Part shown: piece after piece, positions 63,215 to 64,000 of the stretch | Position numbering within the stretch: the first letter of the stretch is position 1 | Layout: every line of letters starts with the position of its first letter | NCBI RefSeq assembly: GCF_004010195.1 | Contig: NC_057753.1 | Location: 12,294,842-12,358,841, forward strand | Length of the DNA stretch: 64,000 bases | DNA from: Chiloscyllium plagiosum | Lineage: Eukaryota | Reading direction: 5' to 3' | Position numbers and translations under genes: made by a program | The notes under the pieces: model-generated | Told to the model about the DNA's origin: nothing | Database searches by the model: none | The model's input: the letters and a program-made list of their open reading frames with translations, nothing else

Positions 63215-64000
63215 GCACAATTAGGTTTATTTCCGCATATTTCCCAATGTGATAGTGATACCTGTTTCAGGACATTTCGATTTTCTTGTGGAAATAACTC
63301 AATAAACCTCTGAACCTTTTTCTTCCTTCTGTGGTGTAATTGTTAACATCTTCTCCTCTTGCTTTCCTTCCCTGTCAAAGTACCCTTTCAGTATATTCGC
63401 ATGACACTGTCTGTGAGATTTCGTCCTGTCTGTAATCCTTATCAAGTAGTTCTCCTCACTCAATTTACTCTCGTTTTGATAAGGTTCACTAAACCTTGGT
63501 TTTAAAGTTTCACTTGTTACTACAAGCAACACTAATATCTTATCCCCAATGCAACATTGTGAATTTGTGATTTCTTATCTGCTTCATGTTTCATTGTATT
63601 CTATGATACTTGTAAATGTTGTCCAGGCAACTCTCCAGCTCTATTTAATCATTCTCTAAAATTTGACACATAGTCAAAATCGGCGATCTCTGAATTCTGA
63701 CTTACTAATTTCTCCTTAATCAATTTTAACCTTCCTTTGACATCATGCCAAAAAATTAATTCAAATGGACTGAATTTTGTCGATTCATTCGGTGCATCTC
63801 TGATCGCAAAAAGTACAAACGGAATTACCTTAACCCAATCACCTGGATATTCCTGACCATAAGCCCTCAACATGGTCCTTAGTGTTTGATGCCATCTCTC
63901 TAGCGCTCCCTGCAATTCCAGATGCTACACAGTAGATTTGAATTGCAGTCTTCCCAAGTTATCCTTTAGCTTCTTGAATATAATGGATGTGAAGTTTGAT
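63215..64000 (-). mobile_element. Second Gmr1-like Gypsy element, integrase region (runs off the window)
   Basis: QGALERWHQTLRTMLRAY..DWVKVIPFVLFAIRDAPNESTKFSPFELIF; LKPRFSEPY..YLIRITDRTKSHRQCHANILK. Confidence 0.88.

Overview
Eukaryotic genomic DNA, AT-rich and repeat-dense, from a cartilaginous fish. The HE1-type SINEs, CR1 3' ends, NAR-TCR cassette and GPR139-like family point to a shark; the genus is not determinable from this window. The window lies inside the V-segment array of the T-cell receptor alpha/delta locus. Its centrepiece is an apparently intact minus-strand NAR-TCR cassette: leader + IgNAR-like V (22-RSS), one 12/12-RSS D, a 23-RSS J with splice donor, then, about 5.2 kb downstream, a 'supporting' TCR-delta V with the CDR1 Cys. 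Two unexpected structures sit on that supporting V: (i) three tandem ~60-bp units, each holding a 23-spacer RSS (non-consensus, near-consensus and dead), with the V reading frame open through the first; (ii) a stop-codon-disabled leader exon ~490 nt upstream. The window also contains one open TRAV/TRDV segment lacking both Cys23 and Trp41, a pattern shared with two pseudogene paralogues. Other contents are about 8 further V pseudogenes or relics in both orientations, three GPR139/142-like GPCR pseudogenes interspersed among the V segments, and a decayed two-LTR Gmr1-like Gypsy element (integrase before RT) with a nested CR1 LINE. There are also Penelope-derived repeats carrying minimal hammerhead-ribozyme motifs and many SINE/LINE fragments. 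Coordinates were read by eye; repeat boundaries are approximate.
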